Notes under the pieces: generated by a model | What the model saw: the letters and a program-made list of their open reading frames with translations, nothing else | Told to the model about the DNA's origin: nothing | Database searches by the model: none | Made by a program: the position numbers and the translations under genes | NCBI GenBank assembly: GCA_048940445.1 | Contig: JBHLON010000014.1 | Span: 1 to 64,000, forward strand | Source of the DNA: Promethearchaeota archaeon | Lineage (GTDB): Archaea > Asgardarchaeota > Lokiarchaeia > Sigyniarchaeales > SOKP01 | Direction of reading: 5' to 3' | Length of the DNA: 64,000 bases | In this document: piece after piece, positions 49,109-59,291 of the stretch | Numbering within the stretch: position 1 is the stretch's first letter | How the letters are laid out: each line of letters begins with the position of its first letter

Positions 49109-51133
49109 TTATAGCTTACTTTTTCGTCCCTTCTTACGCATATTTAGTATTAAACCTAAAGCCAATATAGTTCCACCTATTATTGATGAGATAGTAATAA
49201 TAATGATATATATTGGAATTCCATTAGGTCCGTCTGTAGCTGTTTTATCTATTACATCCGGATCTATAGCAAAATAAGCCTCGAAGTAATTATTTTCATA
49301 TCCAAAAGCTGAAATAGTTATATTTAATAAAATTGGATTTTCGGTAGGAGAAACAGTTATGGGCTCTACTGATATAAGGTATGAACCACCTCCAAGGTTT
49401 AAAGTACCACTACTAACATCAATTCCATCCCACCAGATATGAATAGTTGCAAAATTAATCCCATCACCAGTCTCATTAGAAATGAAGAAAATAAATTTGA
49501 ATTCATCGATTGAATAAAAATGATATAAAATATCCAAATATAGATGTTTAATAATTTCTTTTACAACAGTCCTTTCTTCAGTTCCAATACCATTAGCAAT
49601 ATCTTTTGAATAAAATCTTATAATGACATTTCCGTTGTTTTTTAGATCCCAAGCTAATTGATCAATCATCCCAGTTATTTCGGTATAATAGTAATCTCCT
49701 TCAATCCAAGATATCTGTGGTACCAGAATTGTATAATTATCGTTACTTTCATCAATAGTATACCATAACAAATCAAGCAAATAATGGTGTTGAATAGTAA
49801 GATTAAACTCGGGAGCGGTTTCTTTTAATGTTTGATTAATATTTGGTGAACTTATTGTAATTAAAGGCTCTGGACGAGTTGTTTCTGAATATTTTAATAG
49901 CACAAATGCATCAGATATTCCATTATAATAGTCTGTGTAACCTGAAATGTAGATATCATAAAGAGAATTTATTGCAATACCAAAAGCTTCAGTAATCATT
50001 GAACCTGACGATCCCCATGTTTGATTGAAGATATGAGAGCCATGTTCATCAAATTTTAAAAAACAGATAGATTCACCAATATAATCATAGCAATAACCAG
50101 TTAGATATATATTATTAAAAGGATCACTGATTAAATCTTTACAATTACCACTTGGATAATCTGTTAAAGTATTGTTCCAAATTTGAAAACCTAGATTGTT
50201 ATATTTAGTTAAAAAGATTTTACGAGACCCACCACCAAAACTATCGGTATAACCTCCAATATATATATTATCTTCATTATCAGTTGTAACTGATTCAGCA
50301 CCGTCTATATCGACTCCTCCCCACGTTCTATTCCATAGTTCATTGCCTAAATTATCATATTTAATTAAAACAGCGTCACTCGACCCAGCACCAAAACTAG
50401 TTGTATATCCAGCAAGATAAATGTTATTTTGTGAATCTACAGCAATGTCAACTCCATATCTTCCTTCATCGGCAGCTCCACCCCATATTCGTTCCCATAA
50501 TTTTGTGCCTGCATTATTATATTTTATTAATACAAATTCATTCGGATAATCTCCTGCATATCCCGCTAAATAGATATTATCATCAGAATCAATTATAATA
50601 CTTCGTCCTTGTGCTCTATTCAATCCGCTCCAAGTTCTGTTCCAATAATTTATACCAGAACTATCGTATTTAAGCAGGATGATCTTTTCTTGAGCAAGCA
50701 AATAACCATCAATTGTTCCAACAATATATATATAATTATTAGAATCTATGGCTACATCAAATCCACCATCATCATTGACGGTACCCCATGTTACATTCCA
50801 TTGTTGGACTCCTAAACTATTTGATTTAATAATCAAACCATCATTCCGACCATATGGTCCGTTCATTGTGTAGCCTGTTTGATAAATATTTCCAAATGAA
50901 TCAACAGCTAATCCTTTTCCACCTTTTGTATTTCCACCATCCCATAATCTATACCAATTTAATTGATACTGATTAGTGTTAGATGTAGATAACGGAAGTC
51001 TTTTAGTATCTTCTAATTTTTTGATATATTGTGTTTGGGAAAATAGATAATTAGTATTACTGATAATTGAACTAGTAATTATAATTCCACAAATTATTAA
51101 AATTTCTATGAAATTATTGTTTCTTATTTTCAT
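49109..51133 (-). CDS. Surface beta-propeller (SBBP repeat) protein with C-terminal TM anchor
   Basis: Repeated IAVDS..NIY.AGYT...D..L.KY...G...W.RTWGG. Confidence 0.85.
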   Translation of the reverse strand: MKIRNNNFIEILIICGIIITSSIISNTNYLFSQTQYIKKLEDTKRLPLSTSNTNQYQLNWYRLWDGGNTKGGKGLAVDSFGNIYQTGYTMNGPYGRNDGLIIKSNSLGVQQWNVTWGTVNDDGGFDVAIDSNNYIYIVGTIDGYLLAQEKIILLKYDSSGINYWNRTWSGLNRAQGRSIIIDSDDNIYLAGYAGDYPNEFVLIKYNNAGTKLWERIWGGAADEGRYGVDIAVDSQNNIYLAGYTTSFGAGSSDAVLIKYDNLGNELWNRTWGGVDIDGAESVTTDNEDNIYIGGYTDSFGGGSRKIFLTKYNNLGFQIWNNTLTDYPSGNCKDLISDPFNNIYLTGYCYDYIGESICFLKFDEHGSHIFNQTWGSSGSMITEAFGIAINSLYDIYISGYTDYYNGISDAFVLLKYSETTRPEPLITISSPNINQTLKETAPEFNLTIQHHYLLDLLWYTIDESNDNYTILVPQISWIEGDYYYTEITGMIDQLAWDLKNNGNVIIRFYSKDIANGIGTEERTVVKEIIKHLYLDILYHFYSIDEFKFIFFISNETGDGINFATIHIWWDGIDVSSGTLNLGGGSYLISVEPITVSPTENPILLNITISAFGYENNYFEAYFAIDPDVIDKTATDGPNGIPIYIIIITISSIIGGTILALGLILNMRKKGRKSKL

Positions 51134-51273
51134 TAAAATCTCGCCTTAAAAGTTAAATGATCATAATAACAATTGATAGTCTCATATTTAATATTTATTT
51201 TAAAAAGTATAAAAAAAATAAATTAGGCTATTTACTCAGAATTCATTGAATGATAATTAAAAATATTAATTAA

Positions 51274-51720
51274 TTAAATGTACCTGGGTTTATCTTTAGT
51301 GTCATTATAATAAGATTCAACTCCTATTTCTTTCATTCTATTATTCATTTTTAGCCATCTTCGTTTAAGGTGTGGATCAAAATTAGTTTTTTCGCAAGGA
51401 AATTCATCGCATTGAAAACAAAAATCAACTTTTTTTTCCTTAGAACAATCTTTAACGTGGCAATCGGGGTAAATACATGTTCCTTTTCTACAGCCATTAC
51501 AATTTTCTTTCGAAAAATAGGAGAGTAATTCTTTAAATGAAGGATAATGCTTAAAGATCGGTTGAAAAGAAGAAAATCGTTCAGCATAAACATCAAAAGA
51601 GCCAAGTAAATTCAGAAGATTTATGCTACTTTTGCGTATTTCTCCATTAGAATTAGCATAGCACTTGTAGCAATTAAGCCCACACGGAGCAAGTTTTTCT
51701 AAAATTTCTTCATATTTCAT
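51274..51720 (-). CDS. DUF3795-like Cys-rich protein
   Basis: APCGLNC..C, C.GCR, C...C, FC.QC.EFPC. Confidence 0.8.
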   Translation of the reverse strand: MKYEEILEKLAPCGLNCYKCYANSNGEIRKSSINLLNLLGSFDVYAERFSSFQPIFKHYPSFKELLSYFSKENCNGCRKGTCIYPDCHVKDCSKEKKVDFCFQCDEFPCEKTNFDPHLKRRWLKMNNRMKEIGVESYYNDTKDKPRYI

Positions 51721-51892
51721 AATTTATTCTTTAATTCAATTTTTTAATTATCAATATTTAATTAATGATTAAATAAAATTATTAATTCGAAAAAACTTCT
51801 TCAGATTAATAAGTAAAAATTAAAAACTATCCTAAAAATGTAATTTTTATCAATTAAGAATTATGTAAAAATTTTAAATTGAGTGATTTTTA

Positions 51893-52828
51893 ATGTCTGA
51901 AGACGATCCAGTTGAAGAATTAGAACAATTGGCAGAGGAAAAAGAAGCAAGAGCCAAACCAAGGATTACTCCAAAAAAGAAAAAGGTAAAGAAGAAAAAA
52001 ACCACTCCGACAGCAGCTGAAGGAGAAGTTAAAATCCCCAAACAAACTGTATTTAAGAAACTTCTTGTCAACTTTTGGCGTACTCGGCTTCATGATGAAG
52101 AACTAGGAATCCATCAACAACTAAAATATCAAGCTAAAACACGATGGTATTCCAAAAATTTTGATATGGAAGGCGATATTGAAGAAGATGGTGAAAAGAA
52201 ATATATAATAGCCTTTAGCAAAGAACAATGGGAAGAAAATCCTTTAGAAGAGAAGCGACTAGTTTGTCGATTCTTTACCATTATGGAAGAATCAATAGAA
52301 AGTCGACCTAAAGGGGGAAATTTCAAGGGAGGCGTTGAATTGAGTATTGCTCATTCCTTAATACAAAGTTATGAGGTTAGACGTCCTGCTCCTGTTTTTA
52401 TAATGCAAATTCCCGGGACTATTAATTTAGTGAGACTAGTAAGAAGTTGGAGACTCGTTGGTACCCGTTGGTCATTTCCTCTTCTGCCAGAAGAGAAGGG
52501 TGATGAATTTCAAGTGATACGTGCACGAGGTGTCGTTGGTCCGGGCAGAAACTACAAGTTATATATAGGGAAAAAATTAATAGCTAGAGTCGATGGTCAT
52601 CCAATACAAAAGGAATTTGAAATCGAAATTTATGACGAAGATTATGCAAAAGATAAGAGTTTTCGTACTTATATGATTTTATTCGGGTGTGCTTGCAATT
52701 TTATGGATGATGCTACAAAAATCATTAAAAGACTTTATAAAAAGATGAAAAACACAGGAAGTAGCCCCTATAAGCCTCCTAAAAACGAGTTAGATCTATT
52801 TAGAAACCCAAGAATGATGCGGAGATAA
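51893..52828 (+). CDS. Conserved hypothetical protein (possible LURP/tubby-like C-terminus)
   Basis: Long ORF; C-terminal beta-rich segment followed by a hydrophobic helix. Confidence 0.55.
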   Translation: MSEDDPVEELEQLAEEKEARAKPRITPKKKKVKKKKTTPTAAEGEVKIPKQTVFKKLLVNFWRTRLHDEELGIHQQLKYQAKTRWYSKNFDMEGDIEEDGEKKYIIAFSKEQWEENPLEEKRLVCRFFTIMEESIESRPKGGNFKGGVELSIAHSLIQSYEVRRPAPVFIMQIPGTINLVRLVRSWRLVGTRWSFPLLPEEKGDEFQVIRARGVVGPGRNYKLYIGKKLIARVDGHPIQKEFEIEIYDEDYAKDKSFRTYMILFGCACNFMDDATKIIKRLYKKMKNTGSSPYKPPKNELDLFRNPRMMRR

Positions 52829-52876
52829 AGCTATCTTAGAAATTATAAAAAAATTTTTATTTTTTATCTTTAAAAA

Positions 52877-53647
52877 TTAAGGTACATATTTCTTTTTCCA
52901 TGCTTTATAACCTTTAGTTTCTTTTCCTCGATATATAGCAATTTTTCCAGTTTCCTTTTCATAAGTTTTTTGCAATGTGGCTTCATTCGCTCCTCTTAAT
53001 TCTTCACGCTTAATTTCTTCTTCAATTTCATACTCTTCTTCTATTCTTTTAACCCTCTTCAATACAGCATAAACAGCATGATTCCAAAGAGCAAATCCTA
53101 TATATACCAAACCTACAATTATCAATAATGTGATTCCAATAAGTAAAACCCACTCTCCCCAGTTAAAATTGCTAATAACATATCCCCATAATTCCCCGAT
53201 CCAATTCCATAAAAATGATGGGATGATTACTACAACTAGTGTAATAATGAAAATGTAAATACTTACTAATGTAACAGCTAAAAGTAAGCGTAAAGATGAG
53301 TAATCCTCATACTTTTTTGCCAAGATTCTGTCTTTGAATAATCTCTGACATAATTTCAAAATACCTCCTCTAAATAATATATAAAATAACACTATAACAA
53401 ATAAATGACCGACTATAATGCCTATAATGATGAGAGCAATTATTCCTGCTCCCCAACTAGCAATAATGTCCCATCTTCCTGTTTCAATTAACCAACCAAT
53501 AATAGTTAGCCAAATCCCACTTATAGAAACTATAGCCCCTACTATTAAGGAATAATAAATTGTTTTAGCAATACGTATATCCCAAGTACTATATTCATCT
53601 AATGGATCGGGCTCTCTAACTGGAGCGGTTCTTGGTTTTCTTGGCAT
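52877..53647 (-). CDS. Hypothetical membrane protein (4 TM, internal duplication)
   Basis: Hydrophobic segments and a charged C-terminus. Confidence 0.7.
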   Translation of the reverse strand: MPRKPRTAPVREPDPLDEYSTWDIRIAKTIYYSLIVGAIVSISGIWLTIIGWLIETGRWDIIASWGAGIIALIIIGIIVGHLFVIVLFYILFRGGILKLCQRLFKDRILAKKYEDYSSLRLLLAVTLVSIYIFIITLVVVIIPSFLWNWIGELWGYVISNFNWGEWVLLIGITLLIIVGLVYIGFALWNHAVYAVLKRVKRIEEEYEIEEEIKREELRGANEATLQKTYEKETGKIAIYRGKETKGYKAWKKKYVP

Positions 53648-53767
53648 ATTTATCTCAACTTAAATTTTTTTTAAACATTTAGATTAGAATTTCAAATTCT
53701 ATTATTTTATATTTTATTTTAGTTTATTTGAATATTTTTCCTATTTATATATTATAGGTTTGATAAA

Positions 53768-54232
53768 TTATTCTTTTTCATATGGAGTCTTTAATGTACT
53801 ATGACAATAAGGACATTTAACATCATCAGGAGAAATATCTTCACCGCAATATGGACAGAAAGTTTTATCAATAGGGACTATCTGTTTACCTTCTTCTCGT
53901 ATTTGAACTTGTTTTTCCTTTTTCCTGGGTTTAATCTCTTTTCCTGCCTTTTTAAGCACTTTCTCTTTTGGAGTTGATGGTATTATCTCTTCTTCCTTCC
54001 CCTCTTCTTTCTTAAATGGTTCTTTTGAAAACTTTAATGGAGACAAACATGTGGGACAATAATTTTTAGGTCTATTAAGATAATAAATAGCGAAAATAGG
54101 TGCCGCTATTCCTAAAGTACCCACAATTAAAATGATCCAAAGTACTTTTTGAAATGTTTCTATAGGCTTTCTAACAGGAGTACTTATCTCTTTTTTACAT
54201 GCAGTGCAATATGCATATTGAGTCATATTCAA
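53768..54232 (-). CDS. LITAF-like zinc-ribbon protein with second C-terminal zinc ribbon
   Basis: YCTAC-hydrophobic hairpin-YCPTC, then CPYC...CPYC. Confidence 0.6.
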   Translation of the reverse strand: MNMTQYAYCTACKKEISTPVRKPIETFQKVLWIILIVGTLGIAAPIFAIYYLNRPKNYCPTCLSPLKFSKEPFKKEEGKEEEIIPSTPKEKVLKKAGKEIKPRKKEKQVQIREEGKQIVPIDKTFCPYCGEDISPDDVKCPYCHSTLKTPYEKE

Positions 54233-54352
54233 TTCACTAAAAAATTTTAAGTTTGTTAATTTGAATAATAGAATATTTTAATTAAAAAACTCTTTTAAAC
54301 CTATATCATGGTTATTATGTTAAATAATTTACACATTTAAATTGAAGGCAAT

Positions 54353-55708
54353 TTGGCAAGTAATACCTTTTATATTGAAACTTATGGTTGCACTTCTAAT
54401 AAAGCAGATTCATATATTATTTCAAATGTGTTAAGAGATGCTAATTACAAACAAACATCTTTAGATGAGGCTAGGTTCATTATTATTAATACTTGCGGTG
54501 TAAAGCAACAAACAGAAAATAAAATAAAAACACGCTTAAGATTATTATCTTCTTCATTCAAGAAGGATGCTAATAAACATATAATCATTACTGGATGCCT
54601 GCCATTCATCGATGAGTCATATGTAAGAGTGATCGGAGAAATAGTTCCAAATTTCTCTGCAATCATAGATTTAGATAGAATTCACGAAATTGCCCAAATT
54701 ATAAATCAAATCAATAAAGGATATAAAAATTTAGTCATTAAATCAAAAGGATCAATTGAAAAAGCACGATATTTATATAATTTTCTCCCAGGAAAAGTAA
54801 CTGGTATTGTTCCTATCTCTGAAGGGTGCTTGGGATCTTGTACATACTGTTGCGTAAAAAATGCTCGAGGTAGATTGAATTGTTATCACCCCGAAAACAT
54901 CGTTAATAATGTTGAACATCAATTAAAGCAAGGAATAAAACAGATTTATTTAACATCCCAAGATTGCAGTAATTACCAATATAATGATACTCACTTAAGC
55001 GATTTAGTTCAGAAAATTATAGAATTGGATTTTAAATTTTTTTTAAGAATAGGTATGCTTAACCCCCAATTCCTTATTGATAATTTCGATCAATTAATTT
55101 CAATTTATAACTTTAATAAAGTGTATCAATTTTTACACATTCCTATTCAATCAGGAAGTGATAAAATTCTTGAAACAATGAGTAGGAACTATAAAATTTC
55201 TAAATTAATGGAAAAAATAAATTTATTAAGAGAAAGATTTCCCTCTTTAACTATTTCTACTGACATCATTTGTGGTTTTCCAGGAGAAAGAGATAATGAT
55301 TTTAAAGACACAATTGAATTTATAAAATGGTTAAGACCAGAAATATTAAATATTTCGAAGTTTACACCACGTCCGGGTACTAAGGCAAAATTCATGGAGC
55401 AAGTCAATAGTAAAATAATCAAAGAGCGTACTATAAAATTATCGAGAATATTTCGAGAAAATTTGATAAACATTAATAAAGACTGGATAAATTGGGAAGG
55501 TGAAGTATTAATTCTTCATAGTACTGCTAAAGAGAATCAAGTTTTTAGTAGGAATTTTGCGTATAAAAATATCTTTATTAATAATTATGAAGGTATTTTG
55601 GGGAATTTTTCGAAAGTTAGGGTATATGAAGTTGATGGTTTCAACTTATATGCTAACCTAATTGATATAGAGTATATTGAAAATGAAATTAATTCAAATA
55701 GAAAATAG
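54353..55708 (+). CDS. mtaB: tRNA t6A37 methylthiotransferase (archaeal/eukaryotic e-MtaB type)
   Basis: YGC..N.AD, NTC.VK, GC, EGCLGSCTYC, HIPIQSGSD, TDII.GFPGE, RPGT. Confidence 0.85.
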   Translation: MASNTFYIETYGCTSNKADSYIISNVLRDANYKQTSLDEARFIIINTCGVKQQTENKIKTRLRLLSSSFKKDANKHIIITGCLPFIDESYVRVIGEIVPNFSAIIDLDRIHEIAQIINQINKGYKNLVIKSKGSIEKARYLYNFLPGKVTGIVPISEGCLGSCTYCCVKNARGRLNCYHPENIVNNVEHQLKQGIKQIYLTSQDCSNYQYNDTHLSDLVQKIIELDFKFFLRIGMLNPQFLIDNFDQLISIYNFNKVYQFLHIPIQSGSDKILETMSRNYKISKLMEKINLLRERFPSLTISTDIICGFPGERDNDFKDTIEFIKWLRPEILNISKFTPRPGTKAKFMEQVNSKIIKERTIKLSRIFRENLININKDWINWEGEVLILHSTAKENQVFSRNFAYKNIFINNYEGILGNFSKVRVYEVDGFNLYANLIDIEYIENEINSNRK

Positions 55709-56599
55709 TTATTTTAAACCATATTTTTCGAGAAAATTTGTTAATCTGCTTCTATGAAATTTCAATCCCAGCTCATCTGCAGGAAATCCAAATGCTAGTG
55801 CCATTAATTCAGTAAGATAGAGAATTGGAATATTAAAGCTTTTATTTGCTTGTGTTCCTGCTTTTTTCTGGTTTGTATCCATCTGTTGAAAACAAGCAGG
55901 GCACACTACGACAAAAGCTTCAGCACCAGAATTAATTGCACTATTAAATTTGTTTGCTAATACTTGCATTGAAGGTTCTTCTTCAGTATTTCCTACTCCG
56001 GCACCACAACAAAGACTTTCTTCTTGATAATCAACTGGTGTTGCTCCTAGTGCTGCAACAAGTTCCCTTAACTTTTTGGGTTCCATTGGATCATCTGTTT
56101 GCATAATCTCAGATGGACGATTATAATGGCATCCAGTATGACATGCTACTTTAAGAGCTGAAAAATCTACTTTTACGTGTTTTTTTATCTTCTCAGCTCC
56201 CAATTCATGTAGAACCTCTACAAAATGTTTAACATTAATAGAACCTTTAAATTCTCTATTTATCGCCTTTAAAATTTCGTTTATTTTTCCCTTTTCATGA
56301 GAATCAAGTTTCAATTCATGATTAACTGCTTTCAAAGTCTGAAAGCATCCATTACATAAAGAAACAATGTCTTTATTTTCTTCTTCAGCGATTGTAAGAT
56401 TTCTTGCACCCATTGCTAACCAACTAGTATGATCAACAGAATGAAACCCAACGGGGTCCGGACAGCAGGCAAACGGAGCATCAGATGTTTTTATTTCTAA
56501 GGTATCGAAAACTTTTCGAGCAGAAGCTTCTATAAACGGGATACGATTACCTATAGTACAACCTTGGAAAATCTTATATTCTCCTTCTGCTTTAGCCAT
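55709..56599 (-). CDS. hdrB: Heterodisulfide reductase subunit B
   Basis: GC, CCP, ARNL, CNGC, H.GCH..RP, CCGAG, CPAC..Q.D. Confidence 0.9.
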   Translation of the reverse strand: MAKAEGEYKIFQGCTIGNRIPFIEASARKVFDTLEIKTSDAPFACCPDPVGFHSVDHTSWLAMGARNLTIAEEENKDIVSLCNGCFQTLKAVNHELKLDSHEKGKINEILKAINREFKGSINVKHFVEVLHELGAEKIKKHVKVDFSALKVACHTGCHYNRPSEIMQTDDPMEPKKLRELVAALGATPVDYQEESLCCGAGVGNTEEEPSMQVLANKFNSAINSGAEAFVVVCPACFQQMDTNQKKAGTQANKSFNIPILYLTELMALAFGFPADELGLKFHRSRLTNFLEKYGLK

Positions 56600-56728
56600 A
56601 ATAATATTCTCTTTAATTCTTTAATGTATATATATGCTTTAATTATAAATCAATTAAAAGATTTGCTAAATCAAGTAATAAGACACCTATATATAAAAAG
56701 TAATTAAGAAGAAATAAAATAAAAAAAT

Positions 56729-57367
56729 TTAATCAAAAGTTTTTCCACAATTACTGCAAAAATTGGCAAATACAGGTAATTCTGTTCCGCATTCTGGGCA
56801 AAATCTTTTTTCTAGTGGTTTAGATTCGTCTATAGTAACTTCTTGTTCAGGTTCTAAGGCTTTCTCCTCTACTTCAGATACTTTTTCCTTTTTTTCTATT
56901 ATATCCTTCTTTGTTCTCACTTTCCTAACGGATAAGCGTCCGATAATAGCAATAACAGTTCCAACAAATGATAACACAGTTCCATAGCTAAATTGGTTAT
57001 AAAGTGTATTTATAAAGTCTAAAGTATCTGGATCTGTTATAATTCCAGTAGCATTTACAATATGAGTAATGACCCATACAATTAATGCCAATGTACCAAA
57101 AGCTAATCCAACCCATATTATAAACTTTCCAAATCTAACAACTCCTAATAAAATCATTACTGCTCCCGCAATTACTGCTATTCCTCCTAAATCGGCAATC
57201 CATCGAAAAACAGTTAAAATATAATAAAAAATCTGTTCATAAGCAGGCCATTGATCCTTAGCTAGATCGTATAGAAACTCAAATACTCCTATACTTCCAA
57301 CTGTAGAAGTATAAATCATTATAGCCCCACCAATAATCAATAATGTAAATCCAACTTTATGTTTCAT
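56729..57367 (-). CDS. Membrane protein with C-terminal zinc ribbon
   Basis: 4 TM plus FCPECG...FCSNCG. Confidence 0.75.
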   Translation of the reverse strand: MKHKVGFTLLIIGGAIMIYTSTVGSIGVFEFLYDLAKDQWPAYEQIFYYILTVFRWIADLGGIAVIAGAVMILLGVVRFGKFIIWVGLAFGTLALIVWVITHIVNATGIITDPDTLDFINTLYNQFSYGTVLSFVGTVIAIIGRLSVRKVRTKKDIIEKKEKVSEVEEKALEPEQEVTIDESKPLEKRFCPECGTELPVFANFCSNCGKTFD

Positions 57368-57505
57368 ATAATCAGTTCCTCACAAAAGATTATCTTCTTA
57401 AATTGATCTAAAAAAATTATTACCTTTATTTGTTTATAATTTTTTTTGATAATTACTTATAAACTTAATTTATATGTGTTAATGATAAACATCATTAAGA
57501 TTAAA

Positions 57506-58357
57506 TCAATTGAAATCTACTCTTTCTGGATGCGTATAGATATTCATTCTTCCTCCTCTTACAAAACCAATTAGTGTAATTCCATTTGCAAATGCTAATC
57601 TTATCCCTGATTCTATGGCAGCTGATAATGATGCCACAATAGGGATTTCAGCTCTTATTGTCTTCAAAACAGAATCTCCTGTTAATCTTCCAGTAGTAGT
57701 AAGGAAAATATTATCAAAATTTTGGTTTTTTATTAGCCTTTCTCCTATTACTTTATCTATTGCATTATGTCGCCCAATATCTTCCTTAACACTAACAATG
57801 TTTCCCGCGTAATCAAACAAAGCTGCTCCATGACAACCTCCAGTTTCTCTAAATAACTTGGTCTCTGTCTGCATCTTAACAATTGATTTAAATATTACTT
57901 CAGAAGGAATTCTCTCAATCAATTTAGAAGAAATTGAGTCTTTTGATTTTTCGATGATGCTTTTCATATATTTTCTCCATGGAGATGGAACCCCACAAGT
58001 TGTATCTATCACTCTACTTACAGGATCCATCTCAAATTTAGTTAAATCAATCTCTAATGAATCATTTAAATCAATATATACATTCCCTTCTAATTCATCA
58101 ACTTCTAAATGTTTAATGTCTTTATATTTATTGATTATTCCAATCGAAAATGTAAACCCTACAGCTAGTTCCCTTAAACTCTCTGGTAAACAAATAACAT
58201 TAACCAACGGTTCTGAATTTATGAAAATATCAATTGGTGCTTCAATCAAAACTACATCAATTTCATCATATTTCTTGTTCTTTTTGATTCTTGTGATATT
58301 CACTTTCCTTTTATACAAGCTAATTACCCTAAAAATAATCCGAAAATTAAATGTCAA
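57506..58357 (-). CDS. fdhD: Formate dehydrogenase accessory sulfurtransferase
   Basis: ELAVGF, TGG.HGAA, EDIGRHNA.DK.IG, GITL.GF.R. Confidence 0.9.
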   Translation of the reverse strand: MTFNFRIIFRVISLYKRKVNITRIKKNKKYDEIDVVLIEAPIDIFINSEPLVNVICLPESLRELAVGFTFSIGIINKYKDIKHLEVDELEGNVYIDLNDSLEIDLTKFEMDPVSRVIDTTCGVPSPWRKYMKSIIEKSKDSISSKLIERIPSEVIFKSIVKMQTETKLFRETGGCHGAALFDYAGNIVSVKEDIGRHNAIDKVIGERLIKNQNFDNIFLTTTGRLTGDSVLKTIRAEIPIVASLSAAIESGIRLAFANGITLIGFVRGGRMNIYTHPERVDFN

Positions 58358-58439
58358 TAATTTAATCTAATAAATAAGGAAGTTGTCTGAAAATTAAATT
58401 TTTTTATTAAAAAGAATTAGTTCGAAACAGTAATTAAAC

Positions 58440-59288
58440 CTACACAGCAACATAGAGTCTGCCATTTGTAGTTAATTTTACTTTTCCAGTATTTTTATCA
58501 ATTACGGAATGATTTTTTTTAACAGAATGATCTCCACTATACTCTATGAATTTACCTTTTAATTTTTCTCCGTTAGGTAATTCAATTTCATTAATTTCAC
58601 CTAATTTCTTGAATGAAGGTAATATTTTTAATGCATTGCCTTTAATCACGATCCTTCCTTGAACTTGATCTGCTCCAGCACAACGATCTACATCTCCTTC
58701 AACAATAATAGTAGCTCCATGATTATGAACGCCTAAAAAAGACCCTGCTCCTCCACATATTAAGGTTGGATTTCCTTTAGCACCAGATGATCTTGCCCAA
58801 GATAATACTTCGTTTCCAACTTTACCCTTTACTTTAATTGTACCATTTTTCATTCCTTGCCAAAATCCTCTATAAGCAGCTCCTACGTAATGTCCTGCAT
58901 TTCCATTTATTTCTAATTCTCCTCCCTGGAGCATAGCACCTGCCCAGTCATCAGCATTACCATTTACTGTAATTTTTCCTCCTTCCATTTGGTTACCAAT
59001 ATGCATGCCGACATTTCCATTGACAATAATCTCACCATCAGTCATTTTTTCTCCAATACGTTTAACATTTGATAAATCTCCATCAATAATTATTTTGGTA
59101 TTTTTGATATCAGTCGACTTTCCAATAACATCAAAAAAATCTCCTAATTTCACAACCTCTTTTCCAAGATATAGCTCCAATTTTTTTATCTCAGCAACTG
59201 TTTTTCCTACAAAATTGTCTGGGGTGATAATATCTGCTTCTAAGGGGACATTGGGCTGTTTTTTTAACTTTAATTTAATTTCTGCCAT
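58440..59288 (-). CDS. fwdC: Formylmethanofuran dehydrogenase subunit C
   Basis: EAD.ITPD, GXGXG repeats, YRG...GM. Confidence 0.92.
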   Translation of the reverse strand: MAEIKLKLKKQPNVPLEADIITPDNFVGKTVAEIKKLELYLGKEVVKLGDFFDVIGKSTDIKNTKIIIDGDLSNVKRIGEKMTDGEIIVNGNVGMHIGNQMEGGKITVNGNADDWAGAMLQGGELEINGNAGHYVGAAYRGFWQGMKNGTIKVKGKVGNEVLSWARSSGAKGNPTLICGGAGSFLGVHNHGATIIVEGDVDRCAGADQVQGRIVIKGNALKILPSFKKLGEINEIELPNGEKLKGKFIEYSGDHSVKKNHSVIDKNTGKVKLTTNGRLYVAV

Positions 59289-59291
59289 TGA

